A stretch of 64,000 nt of DNA from an uncultured Elusimicrobiaceae bacterium. Its GTDB lineage: Bacteria > Elusimicrobiota > Elusimicrobia > Elusimicrobiales > UBA9959. The stretch covers positions 80,486 through 144,485 of the forward strand of contig CAYQJX010000002.1 of the NCBI GenBank assembly GCA_964417965.1. The letters run 5' to 3'. A program made the translations under genes and the position numbers. Shown here one piece after another: positions 52,737 through 60,483 of this stretch; the stretch's first letter is position 1, and every line of letters begins with the position of its first letter. The notes beneath the pieces were generated by a model. That model worked only from the letters and a program-made list of their open reading frames with translations. It made no database searches and was not told the DNA's origin.

Positions 52737-53884
52737 AGAACGTCTCCCTTATCTTCGTCGCCGTCTTCACCGCCTGGTGCGTTTCCGTGGTGAGCCGCGA
52801 CCTGGCCACCCGGAAAATCCCTAACGCGCATATAAAAGGCGGCCTGGCCATCTTCGCCGGGTTCCTCGCCGTCTTCGGCCTCTATACCGTGCTGGGCTAC
52901 GCCGGCAAGGAGCCAGTCTTCCTGAACTGGAATTTTTACCCGCTGCTCGCCGCGCACGTCTTCTGGTCGGCGCTGGCCGGGATCATACTCTGGTATGCCG
53001 AGTTCTGGCCGGCCGGGGACGCCAAGTTCTTCATCCTGGTGTCGGCCTCGCTGCCGCTGGCCAACCCCGAGCTGCGCAATTTCCCGCATTACCTGTTCCT
53101 GAGCCTGCTGATAAATATCTTCGTGGCGGCCGCCCTGTGGGCCGTGGGCAGCTACGTGGCCTCCGGCTTCCAGAGCGCCTCCCCGTCGTATTTCTTCGGC
53201 GAGCTGTGGGGGGACGTGAAGAAAAGACTGGGCATGCTGACGGAAGGCAAGAACAAGCTGCTCGCCGCCGCCAGCGTGGTCAACCTGGGCTTCCTGTTCC
53301 TGCTGCAGCAGATCCTCAACATGGAGGCGCGCGGTTTCCTAGCCCGCTTCATAGGCCGCACCGACGTGCTTTTCTTTTTCATGTTCATCCTGTGGGACAA
53401 GATAGGCGGCGTGTTCGCCAGCCGCCGCTGGCTCTATATCAGCATGGCCTCCTACGCCGTCTATCTCATAAGCGGCTACTTCCTGTTCCCCGACCATCTC
53501 ATGGTCATGGCCCTGGCCTCGCTCAAGAACGTCTTCCGCTTCAGCCTGCTATTGTTCTTCGGGCGCTTCATGCTGGAATTCCTGATGGAGAAAAAGGACA
53601 TCCAGAACCTCACCGCCCGCGAGCTGCAGCCCGGCATGGTGCTCTCCACCAAAGCCGCCCGCACCCTCAAGGAGAATGCCGCCTTCGAAGGGGCCTTCGA
53701 CGACTGTTTTCGTGACGGCCTCACTCCCGACCAGGTAGCCGAATTGAAGGATTGGATGGGCAAACTCACCGTCCACGAACCCAAGATAGAGATAGTTGTC
53801 GGGCGGCCTTTCGCGCTCTGGATCTTCGCCGGCGCCGCGCTGCTGCTGGCGCTGGACGGCAACATCACGAGGTTCTTTAAATGA
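52733..53884 (+). CDS. A24-family (prepilin peptidase/CpaA-like) aspartic intramembrane peptidase with extended C-terminus
   Basis: The start at 52733 gives MKNVSLIFVAVF. First Asp motif SRDLATRKIPN. Second Asp motif WPAGDAKFFILV. 383 aa, about twice the size of a CpaA-type enzyme, with extra TM segments and a ~90-aa hydrophilic insert. Confidence 0.75.
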   Translation: MKNVSLIFVAVFTAWCVSVVSRDLATRKIPNAHIKGGLAIFAGFLAVFGLYTVLGYAGKEPVFLNWNFYPLLAAHVFWSALAGIILWYAEFWPAGDAKFFILVSASLPLANPELRNFPHYLFLSLLINIFVAAALWAVGSYVASGFQSASPSYFFGELWGDVKKRLGMLTEGKNKLLAAASVVNLGFLFLLQQILNMEARGFLARFIGRTDVLFFFMFILWDKIGGVFASRRWLYISMASYAVYLISGYFLFPDHLMVMALASLKNVFRFSLLLFFGRFMLEFLMEKKDIQNLTARELQPGMVLSTKAARTLKENAAFEGAFDDCFRDGLTPDQVAELKDWMGKLTVHEPKIEIVVGRPFALWIFAGAALLLALDGNITRFFK

Positions 53885-54807
53885 GCCTGAAGAAGAAGCT
53901 CAAGATAGTGCTGTTCACGGGCTATGCCTGCAACAATAACTGCGCCTTCTGCATAGACGCGGACAAGCGCGGCCTGCCCCAGAAGACCACTCCCGAGCTC
54001 CTCTCCGAAGTCCTGCGCGCCGCGAAGAAAGGCGCCGACATCCTTGAGATAATCGGCGGCGAAGCCACCATTCGCCCCGACTTCAGCTCCGTAGTCGCCG
54101 CCGCCAAGAAACTCGGGATAAAAGAAGTCGCCTGCGCCACCAACGGCCGCGTCTTCGCCGATCCCGCCGCCGCCAGGCGCATAGTCGCCGCCGGCATAGA
54201 TTCCCTTATTTTCTCCGTGCACGGCCCCGACGCCCGCATCCACGACGCCCTTACCCGCTCGCCCGGCAGTTTCGCCCAGCTGAAAAAAGGCCTGGCCAAC
54301 CTGAAGGCCCTCGGCTTTTGTTCCATAAACGGCAACACCACCGTGGTAAAGCGCAACATGGCCGCCCTGCCGCGCCTCGCGGCGTTCTATGTGCGCCAAG
54401 GCGTGCGCAACGTGGAGTACATCTTCGTAGACCCTAACTACGGCGGCGCGAAGAACGATTTTGAAACCCTCGTGCCGCGCATCTCCGCTGCCGCCCCCTA
54501 TATGCGCGCCGCGCTGGCCATTGGCCGCCGGGCGGGCCTGGACCAGTGGAAGGCGCGCTACGTGCCGCTGTGCCATTTTGCTGACTGCCTGGACCAGATC
54601 AGCGAGCTGAATGAAAAAAAACTTTTTCTGACCGAGCACTGGGCCCCGGATTTCAAGAACACCGACGCCATCGGTTCCCGCGCCGAGGTGGCGCGCGCCA
54701 AGACCGCCCGCTGCCGGGGCTGCGCCCTGTACCGGGCCTGCGAAGGCATCTGGGTGGAATACCTCAAGCGCTTCGGCGACGGAGAGCTGAAGCCGGTGAA
54801 AAAATGA
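53881..54807 (+). CDS. Small radical SAM enzyme, HxsC-like paralog 5 of 7
   Basis: CNNNCAFC, GGEATIRPD, SVHGPDARIHDALTRSPGSF, CRGCALYRACEGIWVEYLKRFGDGELKPVKK. Confidence 0.85.
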   Translation: MSLKKKLKIVLFTGYACNNNCAFCIDADKRGLPQKTTPELLSEVLRAAKKGADILEIIGGEATIRPDFSSVVAAAKKLGIKEVACATNGRVFADPAAARRIVAAGIDSLIFSVHGPDARIHDALTRSPGSFAQLKKGLANLKALGFCSINGNTTVVKRNMAALPRLAAFYVRQGVRNVEYIFVDPNYGGAKNDFETLVPRISAAAPYMRAALAIGRRAGLDQWKARYVPLCHFADCLDQISELNEKKLFLTEHWAPDFKNTDAIGSRAEVARAKTARCRGCALYRACEGIWVEYLKRFGDGELKPVKK

Positions 54808-55805
54808 AGACCCCCGACCACCTGGTCATCTACCTCAGCGGGCGCTGCAACCTGGCCTGTGCCTACTGCTACGCGCGGGGCGTGGACAGGGGGACCATTT
54901 CAGCGGCCGCCCTGCGTTCCGCCCTGGCCGCCTTCGCGGCCGCGCGCCCGGCCGAACCCAAGTTCACCATACTGGGCGGCGAGCCGCTGCTCTGCCGCGA
55001 GCGCCTGGCCCAGGCCCTGGCCGGGATAAGGCAGCACTTCGGCCCCGGCACTCCCGTTCACGTTTTCACCAACGGCCTCCTGCTGAAAAAAGGCGAGGCC
55101 GCCGCGCTGCTGAAGAAAGGCGTACGGCTGACGGTCAGCCTGGACGGCCGGCCCGGCGCCGGGCGCCCGGCGGCAATTGCCGGTCTGCCGCCCGCGCTGC
55201 GGAGCCGGGTTTCGGTCAGCGCCGTGGTTTCACCGGCGAACGCGGGGGAGTTGCCGGAGAATATCCTTTACCTGCTGGACCAGGGCTACACGCGCCTGGC
55301 CTGGTCGCCCGATATCACGGCCAGGTGGGACAAGGCCGCCCTGCGCGCCCTGCGCGCCTCGGCGAAAGCCCTGCTGCTGGAGTACCTGCGCCGCCTTAAG
55401 AACGGCTCCGGGGTCTGGGAACTGGCCAACGGTTACGAGGCGGTGGCCCTGGCCGCGCGGGGCGAGCGCCCCGGGCCCTGCCGCAACATAGCGCTGGCGC
55501 CGGACGGCTGTTTCTACCCTTGCGATAAAATGCTCTCGGCGCCAGGCAGGGAGCTGAAAAAATTCAGGATAGCGGCGGACGGGGCGGGCCGCGAGAAATT
55601 CTTCGCGCTGGCGCGGCGGGCCGGGCTGAAGGCCGCGCAGTCGATGTGCCCGGTGGCCCCCTGGGCCGCGGCGCGCTTCGGCGCGGTCATAAAAACTTTG
55701 CCGGCCGGCCAGGCCGCGGCCAGGAGCGAAGCCGCCCGCTGGCTGGCAGCGGCGGCGCGGGCGGGGCTGGCAAGCCCGGCCTTCAGGCGCCTGCACGGGA
55801 TCTGA
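54804..55805 (+). CDS. Radical SAM enzyme, AslB-like with partial SPASM/twitch region (paralog 3 of 3)
   Basis: CNLACAYC, LGGEPLLCRE, PCRNIALAPDGCFYPCDKML. Confidence 0.8.
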   Translation: MKTPDHLVIYLSGRCNLACAYCYARGVDRGTISAAALRSALAAFAAARPAEPKFTILGGEPLLCRERLAQALAGIRQHFGPGTPVHVFTNGLLLKKGEAAALLKKGVRLTVSLDGRPGAGRPAAIAGLPPALRSRVSVSAVVSPANAGELPENILYLLDQGYTRLAWSPDITARWDKAALRALRASAKALLLEYLRRLKNGSGVWELANGYEAVALAARGERPGPCRNIALAPDGCFYPCDKMLSAPGRELKKFRIAADGAGREKFFALARRAGLKAAQSMCPVAPWAAARFGAVIKTLPAGQAAARSEAARWLAAAARAGLASPAFRRLHGI

Positions 55806-55806
55806 T

Positions 55807-57000
55807 ATGGCTAAAAAAGAGAACGGTAAATGTTACGAGCTCATCCTCAACTATAACTGCAACGCGCGCTGCCTGTTCTGCTCGCAGGGGGACTTCGACA
55901 AATCCCGCAACGCGCCGTTCGAGGCTATCGCCCGCAATATCTATTCGGCACGGCGGGACGGCTATACCCGCCTCGGCCTCACCGGCGGCGAGCCGCTGGT
56001 GCGCCCGGACATCCTGAAGGTCATCGCCCTGGGCAAGTCCGTCGGTTTCGATTTCATCCGGGTGCAGACCAACGGCATAAAACTGGCGGACCCGGCCTTC
56101 TGCCGCGCGCTGGTGAAGGCCGGCCTCACTTTCTGCAAGTTCTCGTTCACCACCGACAAGGCCGCCGAGCACGACCGGCTGGTAGGAGTGCCGGGGGCGC
56201 TGAAGAAGGCCTTGGCAGGTCTCGCCAACCTGCGCCGGCTCAAGATCCGCCTCGGCACCAATATCCTGGTGAACCGGCTCAACTACCGCCGCCTGCCGGA
56301 GATCATCCGCTTCTACATGGAGCGCGGCATCACCAACTTCGTCGTCATCTACCCGGTCTATATCGGCGCCATGGCCGACAACGCCGGGGAGTACGGCGTA
56401 AGCCTGCCGGACTGCCAGCCTTACTTCCTGGAGGCGGTGCGCATGATGGAGGCCGCGGGGCTGGGCGGGGAGATCCTCTTCCTGAACACGCCGCCCTGTT
56501 TTCTCAAAGGCCGCGAGAGCCTGGCCATCGGCCTGGACGTCTTTAACACCGTGGTCACCGACCCCGACGGGGTGCGCACCGACCTGGACGCCAACGCCGA
56601 CGCCTCCAAGGCCAAAGGCCGGCCATGCCGGAGCTGCGCGCTGGCGAAAAAATGCCGCGGGGCGGACAAGCATTACCTGAAGGTTTTCGGCTGGGAAGGT
56701 TTTGAGCCGGTGCGCAAGCCCGGCGCTAAAAAAGCCGCGGCGCCGGAGGGCAGGGTTTTCTTTTCCGACAACGAGCGCTGCCTGGTGGAGATCCTGCGGC
56801 AGAAAAAAGAGGTGTCTACCGGCGAAGCCCTGGCCCTGGCCAAAAAAATAGTGCTGTGCCGGGACTGCTCCGACGGCAACGCGGTGATGAGCTCGGCCGA
56901 GCGGCTGGCGCGCAAAGGCCTGGTAAAGAGCCGCTTCGCCGGGGGGAAGTATTACTGGTCCCTCACCCGGCCCTACGAGAAGATAAAGAAATGGCTTTAA
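55807..57000 (+). CDS. Small radical SAM enzyme, HxsC-like paralog 6 of 7, with C-terminal winged-helix-like extension
   Basis: CNARCLFC, GGEPLVRPD, HDRLVGVPGAL, CRSCALAKKCRGADKHYLKVFGWEGFEPVRK. A ~95-aa tail follows (ERCLVEILRQKKEVSTGEALALAKKI...LARKGLVKSRFAGGKYYWSL). Confidence 0.8.
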   Translation: MAKKENGKCYELILNYNCNARCLFCSQGDFDKSRNAPFEAIARNIYSARRDGYTRLGLTGGEPLVRPDILKVIALGKSVGFDFIRVQTNGIKLADPAFCRALVKAGLTFCKFSFTTDKAAEHDRLVGVPGALKKALAGLANLRRLKIRLGTNILVNRLNYRRLPEIIRFYMERGITNFVVIYPVYIGAMADNAGEYGVSLPDCQPYFLEAVRMMEAAGLGGEILFLNTPPCFLKGRESLAIGLDVFNTVVTDPDGVRTDLDANADASKAKGRPCRSCALAKKCRGADKHYLKVFGWEGFEPVRKPGAKKAAAPEGRVFFSDNERCLVEILRQKKEVSTGEALALAKKIVLCRDCSDGNAVMSSAERLARKGLVKSRFAGGKYYWSLTRPYEKIKKWL

Positions 57001-57001
57001 G

Positions 57002-58288
57002 TCACCACCACTTGGTGAAATCGAATCGGTAGTAGTAGGCGATGACCAGCAGGTCCAGCGAGGCCGCGTAGACCGCGAGAGCCGGCAGGGCCGCCCGGCC
57101 GCGCGCCAGCACCAGCCTGCATCCCTCCCCAAAATAGACCGCTGCCGCCGGCAGGCAGAACATCAGGTAGGAAGCCTTCAGCATCCCGTGCGGGAGGGCT
57201 ATCTGGTAATACGTCCAGGCGGCTCCCGCCGCCATGATCAGCGTGAAAATATTCAGCGCGTCATAGCGCCTGTCCCGCAGACTTGAGGCGAGGCCCGCCA
57301 GGGTCACCGGGGCCAGCGGCAAGGCCAGCCAGAACAAGGCGTTGCGCAGCCCGGGCAGCTGAACGGCGGTGTGGATGCGGTCGAAAGAAAAGAAAGAAGC
57401 GTAGAGCCCGGTCAGCACCGAGCCGGACTCGTGCCAGTTGTTCACCGGGCCGGCGAGCAGGCTGAAGAAGTTGAAGGTGTAAAAGTCGTGCTCGTTAGCG
57501 CCGGACAACCAGGGCATTATTACCCCGTCCGGGGAGAGCAGCCGCGGCAGGTAGAGCCAGCCGGCCAGCGCCGCCGACAAGCCCCAAACTATGGCCAGGC
57601 AGCCGGCGAGCGCGGGCAGGGGAAAGCGTTTTTTGAAGAAACTGAGCAGGATAACGGCGTTGAGGAAGACGAAGCAGGCCGGGCCGGCGAACCGCGTGAG
57701 CAGCAGCAGGGCGCACAGCAGCGACAGCAGCGTCACCGCGCCCCAGCTCCTGCCGCCCGGCTCTGTTTTTACCGCGGCCAGCAGGAAAGCCCCGCACAGC
57801 GCGGCGTAAGTGACATCGGGCGAGGCGAAGTTGCTGAAATAGATGTGCGCCGGCAGGAAAAGGGCCAGGTTCAGCCCCAGCAGCGCGGGTGCCGGGTCCC
57901 GGCCGAAGTAATGCCGCAGCAGCAGGAACAGCAGGCCGAGCGAGAGGAAATTGCAGAGGAGCGACCAGAGCTGCGCCGCGCCGACGGGGTCGGGGGCCGC
58001 CGCCATCAGCGCTCCTACGACCAGATTGTGCAGCGGCGGCGTCCACTTGAGACCGGCCGCGGCGGTGCGCTGGAACTCGGCGTAGCTGAATTTCCCGGCC
58101 TCCCGCGCGCAGCGCGCTGCGGAACCGCAGGCGGAGAGCAGGCCGGCGTAGTGCGCGCGGGTCTCCGCCGCCAGCTCGAAGTAGGGATCGTACTGGAAGA
58201 CTACCGGCAGCCCCGCCGTCTGTACGCGCAGGAATACTCCGGCGGCGAACAGGGGGAGGAAGAGCAGCAGCAGTTTATTTTTTTTCAA
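57002..58288 (-). CDS. Multi-pass membrane protein, GT-C (ArnT/PMT-like) glycosyltransferase candidate
   Basis: More than 10 predicted TM segments and a composition typical of GT39/GT83-type enzymes. I chose the TTG start at 58288 (gives MKKNKLLLLFLPLFAAG), because the GTG at 58405 would overlap the divergent gene at 58391. Confidence 0.55.
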   Translation of the reverse strand: MKKNKLLLLFLPLFAAGVFLRVQTAGLPVVFQYDPYFELAAETRAHYAGLLSACGSAARCAREAGKFSYAEFQRTAAAGLKWTPPLHNLVVGALMAAAPDPVGAAQLWSLLCNFLSLGLLFLLLRHYFGRDPAPALLGLNLALFLPAHIYFSNFASPDVTYAALCGAFLLAAVKTEPGGRSWGAVTLLSLLCALLLLTRFAGPACFVFLNAVILLSFFKKRFPLPALAGCLAIVWGLSAALAGWLYLPRLLSPDGVIMPWLSGANEHDFYTFNFFSLLAGPVNNWHESGSVLTGLYASFFSFDRIHTAVQLPGLRNALFWLALPLAPVTLAGLASSLRDRRYDALNIFTLIMAAGAAWTYYQIALPHGMLKASYLMFCLPAAAVYFGEGCRLVLARGRAALPALAVYAASLDLLVIAYYYRFDFTKWW

Positions 58289-58390
58289 AGGGTTCGCCGG
58301 CTTCGGGGGCCTTATGCGCGGCCCCGCGTGAAATGTTATTATAGCGGTAGTGGAACATTTGTTGCAAACCGCGACGGCGAAACCAGTCGA

Positions 58391-59236
58391 ATGTCCCTGA
58401 TACACCTATTTAGAAAGTGCAACCAGCGTTGCGTGTTCTGCTCCTGGCCGGAGGAGGGGGGGCGCGGGCCGGAAGCCGGCCTGCGCGCTTGGTTGAAGGA
58501 GATCTCCGCCATGCCCGCCGGGCTGGTACAGCTCTCCGGCGGCGAGCCGCTGCTGGCCGGCGCCTATAACCTGTGCCTGCTGCTCGGGGCCGCCAGGCGG
58601 CTCGGCCGCCCGGTAGAACTGCAGACCAACGCCCTGGCCGCGGCCGCCATGCCGCAGGCCGACCTGCTCAAGCTGGCCGGCGCCCTCAACGCCGCCGGCG
58701 GCTACTTCAACGTAAATTTCCCGGCCGCCTCCCAGGCGCTGGACTATAAGATAACGCGCGCCCGGGGCGGCTTCAAGAAGCGGCTGGCCGGGGTGCGGCG
58801 GCTGATGAAAGCCGGGGCGAAAGTGCGCCTCACCCACGTTATCAGTTCGCTCAATTACAAGGCCCTGCCCGCCTTCGCCGCCCTCGCGGCGGGGAGCCTG
58901 AAGGGCGCGGCCTGGATACAGTTCAGCTATATAAAAGGCGCGGGCCGGGCCGAAGACGGAACGTTCATCCCGGAATATTCTAAAGTGCAGCCCTATTTGG
59001 AAAAAGCCCTGGCGGCCTGCGCCAGGGCCGGCCTCCATTGCGAAGTGGACCATGTCCCGCCCTGCCGCCTCGGGGAATTCTGGCGGCTTAACGTGGACAT
59101 AGAGAAAATGAAGAAAGGCCTGAAGGGGCCGCACCTGCTGGAGAAAAAGCGCGTTGGAGCCTGCAGGGGCTGCCGCTACGCCGGAGTCTGCCCTGGTCCG
59201 AGGAAAGATTATATAGCCGTGCATAAAACTTTATGA
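58391..59236 (+). CDS. Small radical SAM enzyme, HxsC-like paralog 7 of 7 (most divergent)
   Basis: MSLIHLFRKCNQRCVFC, SGGEPLL, CRGCRYAGVCPGPRKDY. Only the C-terminal 281 aa of the 621-aa track ORF are credible. Confidence 0.75.
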   Translation: MSLIHLFRKCNQRCVFCSWPEEGGRGPEAGLRAWLKEISAMPAGLVQLSGGEPLLAGAYNLCLLLGAARRLGRPVELQTNALAAAAMPQADLLKLAGALNAAGGYFNVNFPAASQALDYKITRARGGFKKRLAGVRRLMKAGAKVRLTHVISSLNYKALPAFAALAAGSLKGAAWIQFSYIKGAGRAEDGTFIPEYSKVQPYLEKALAACARAGLHCEVDHVPPCRLGEFWRLNVDIEKMKKGLKGPHLLEKKRVGACRGCRYAGVCPGPRKDYIAVHKTL

Positions 59237-60483
59237 ACGATAAAATAAAGAGCCTTAATAAAGAATTCCCGGCCCTGAACGAGGATTTCTCGGGCCGGCG
59301 GCTGGTGTACCTCGACAGCGCCTGCACCGTGCTGAAGATGGGCTGCGCGGCCGAGGCCCAGCGCTCCCACATGCTGCTGCTGGGCGGCTGCGGCGGCAAA
59401 CGCTCGACGCACTCCCTGGCCACGGCCATGGAGGAAGAGTTTCACTCGGCGCGCGCGCGCGTGGCGCGGTTCCTGGGCGCGGAGTCGCCCGAGGAAGTGG
59501 TTTTCACCGCCGGCGTTACCGACGCCGCCAACCTGCTGGCCAACTCTTTTCCCTTTACGTCTAAACGCAACGAAGTGGTGCTGTCCCCGCTGGAGCACAA
59601 CGCGGTATTCCTGCCTTTCGAGCGTCTGGCCGCCGCCGGGCGGATAAGGATAAAGGTAGCCCCGCTCAAAGGTTTCCGGGTGGATATGGACGGCCTCGCG
59701 AAGTTGATCGGCCCACGCACCGCGCTGGTCTGTCTGAACCACGCCTCCAACATTTTTGGCGGGGTTTCCGACGTGGCCGCCGCGGCGGAGCTGGCCCACG
59801 CCGCTGGCGCCTTCCTTTTTTCGGACGACGCGCAGTACGCGCCCACCCACGGCGGCAGCGGCCTGGCCGAGGGGGCGGACGCCTGCGCCTTCTCCGGGCA
59901 TAAGCTGGGCGCGCCGTTCTTTACCGGCGCGCTGGGCTTGCGCCGCGGCCTGCTGGAGGAGTTGCGCCCCTGGCTGGTGGGCGGCGGCACCGTGGAGAGC
60001 GTCGTCTCCGCCGGCGGGCGCTACTCGGTGAAATACCTGGGCGGCTACCAGGGCCTGGAGGCCGGCGTGCAGAATTATTCCGGCGCCGCGGGCCTGGCCG
60101 CCGCTATAGAGCGGCTGGAGCAGGCCGGCTTCGGCAATATCCGGGCCCATGTGTCCGGCCTGGTGGCCGCCGCGCTGGACGAACTGGAAGACATAAAGGG
60201 CGTCCGCGTGCTGGGCGAGAGGGCGGACCTGCTGAACGGTTCGCTTATCACGCTGGCGCCGCTGAAGAAAGGTTTTTCAGTGCCGGATTTCAACCTGTTC
60301 CTTAACCGGGCCGTGAAGGGCCGCATGATAGCCGTGCGCACCGGCCGCCATTGCGCCGACCTCGCCTGCCTGAACTCCGGCTTCAGCGAGACCATACGCA
60401 TCTCCTTTTTCACCTATAACACCCCGGCGGACGCGGCGCTTTTCGCCCGGGCGCTCAGGCGCTACCTGGCCCTGCTCAAATGA
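59233..60483 (+). CDS. Class V aminotransferase / cysteine desulfurase (SufS/CsdA-like)
   Basis: PLP-lysine context FSGHKLGAP. Active-site loop VRTGRHCADL. 416 aa. Confidence 0.8.
   Translation: MNDKIKSLNKEFPALNEDFSGRRLVYLDSACTVLKMGCAAEAQRSHMLLLGGCGGKRSTHSLATAMEEEFHSARARVARFLGAESPEEVVFTAGVTDAANLLANSFPFTSKRNEVVLSPLEHNAVFLPFERLAAAGRIRIKVAPLKGFRVDMDGLAKLIGPRTALVCLNHASNIFGGVSDVAAAAELAHAAGAFLFSDDAQYAPTHGGSGLAEGADACAFSGHKLGAPFFTGALGLRRGLLEELRPWLVGGGTVESVVSAGGRYSVKYLGGYQGLEAGVQNYSGAAGLAAAIERLEQAGFGNIRAHVSGLVAAALDELEDIKGVRVLGERADLLNGSLITLAPLKKGFSVPDFNLFLNRAVKGRMIAVRTGRHCADLACLNSGFSETIRISFFTYNTPADAALFARALRRYLALLK

Noticed and set aside
57371-58390. N-terminal 340 aa of the 621-aa plus-strand ORF 57371..59236.
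   Set aside because: This part is antisense to the polytopic membrane protein and has shadow-like composition (runs of R/E/Q/G). The rSAM homology starts only at MSLIHLFRKCNQRCVFC (58391).
58289-58405. GTG start at 58405 for the GT-C-like membrane protein.
   Set aside because: It would overlap the divergent rSAM gene start (58391) and add 39 non-hydrophobic residues. The TTG at 58288 gives a typical MKKNKLLLLF... N-terminus. This remains uncertain.
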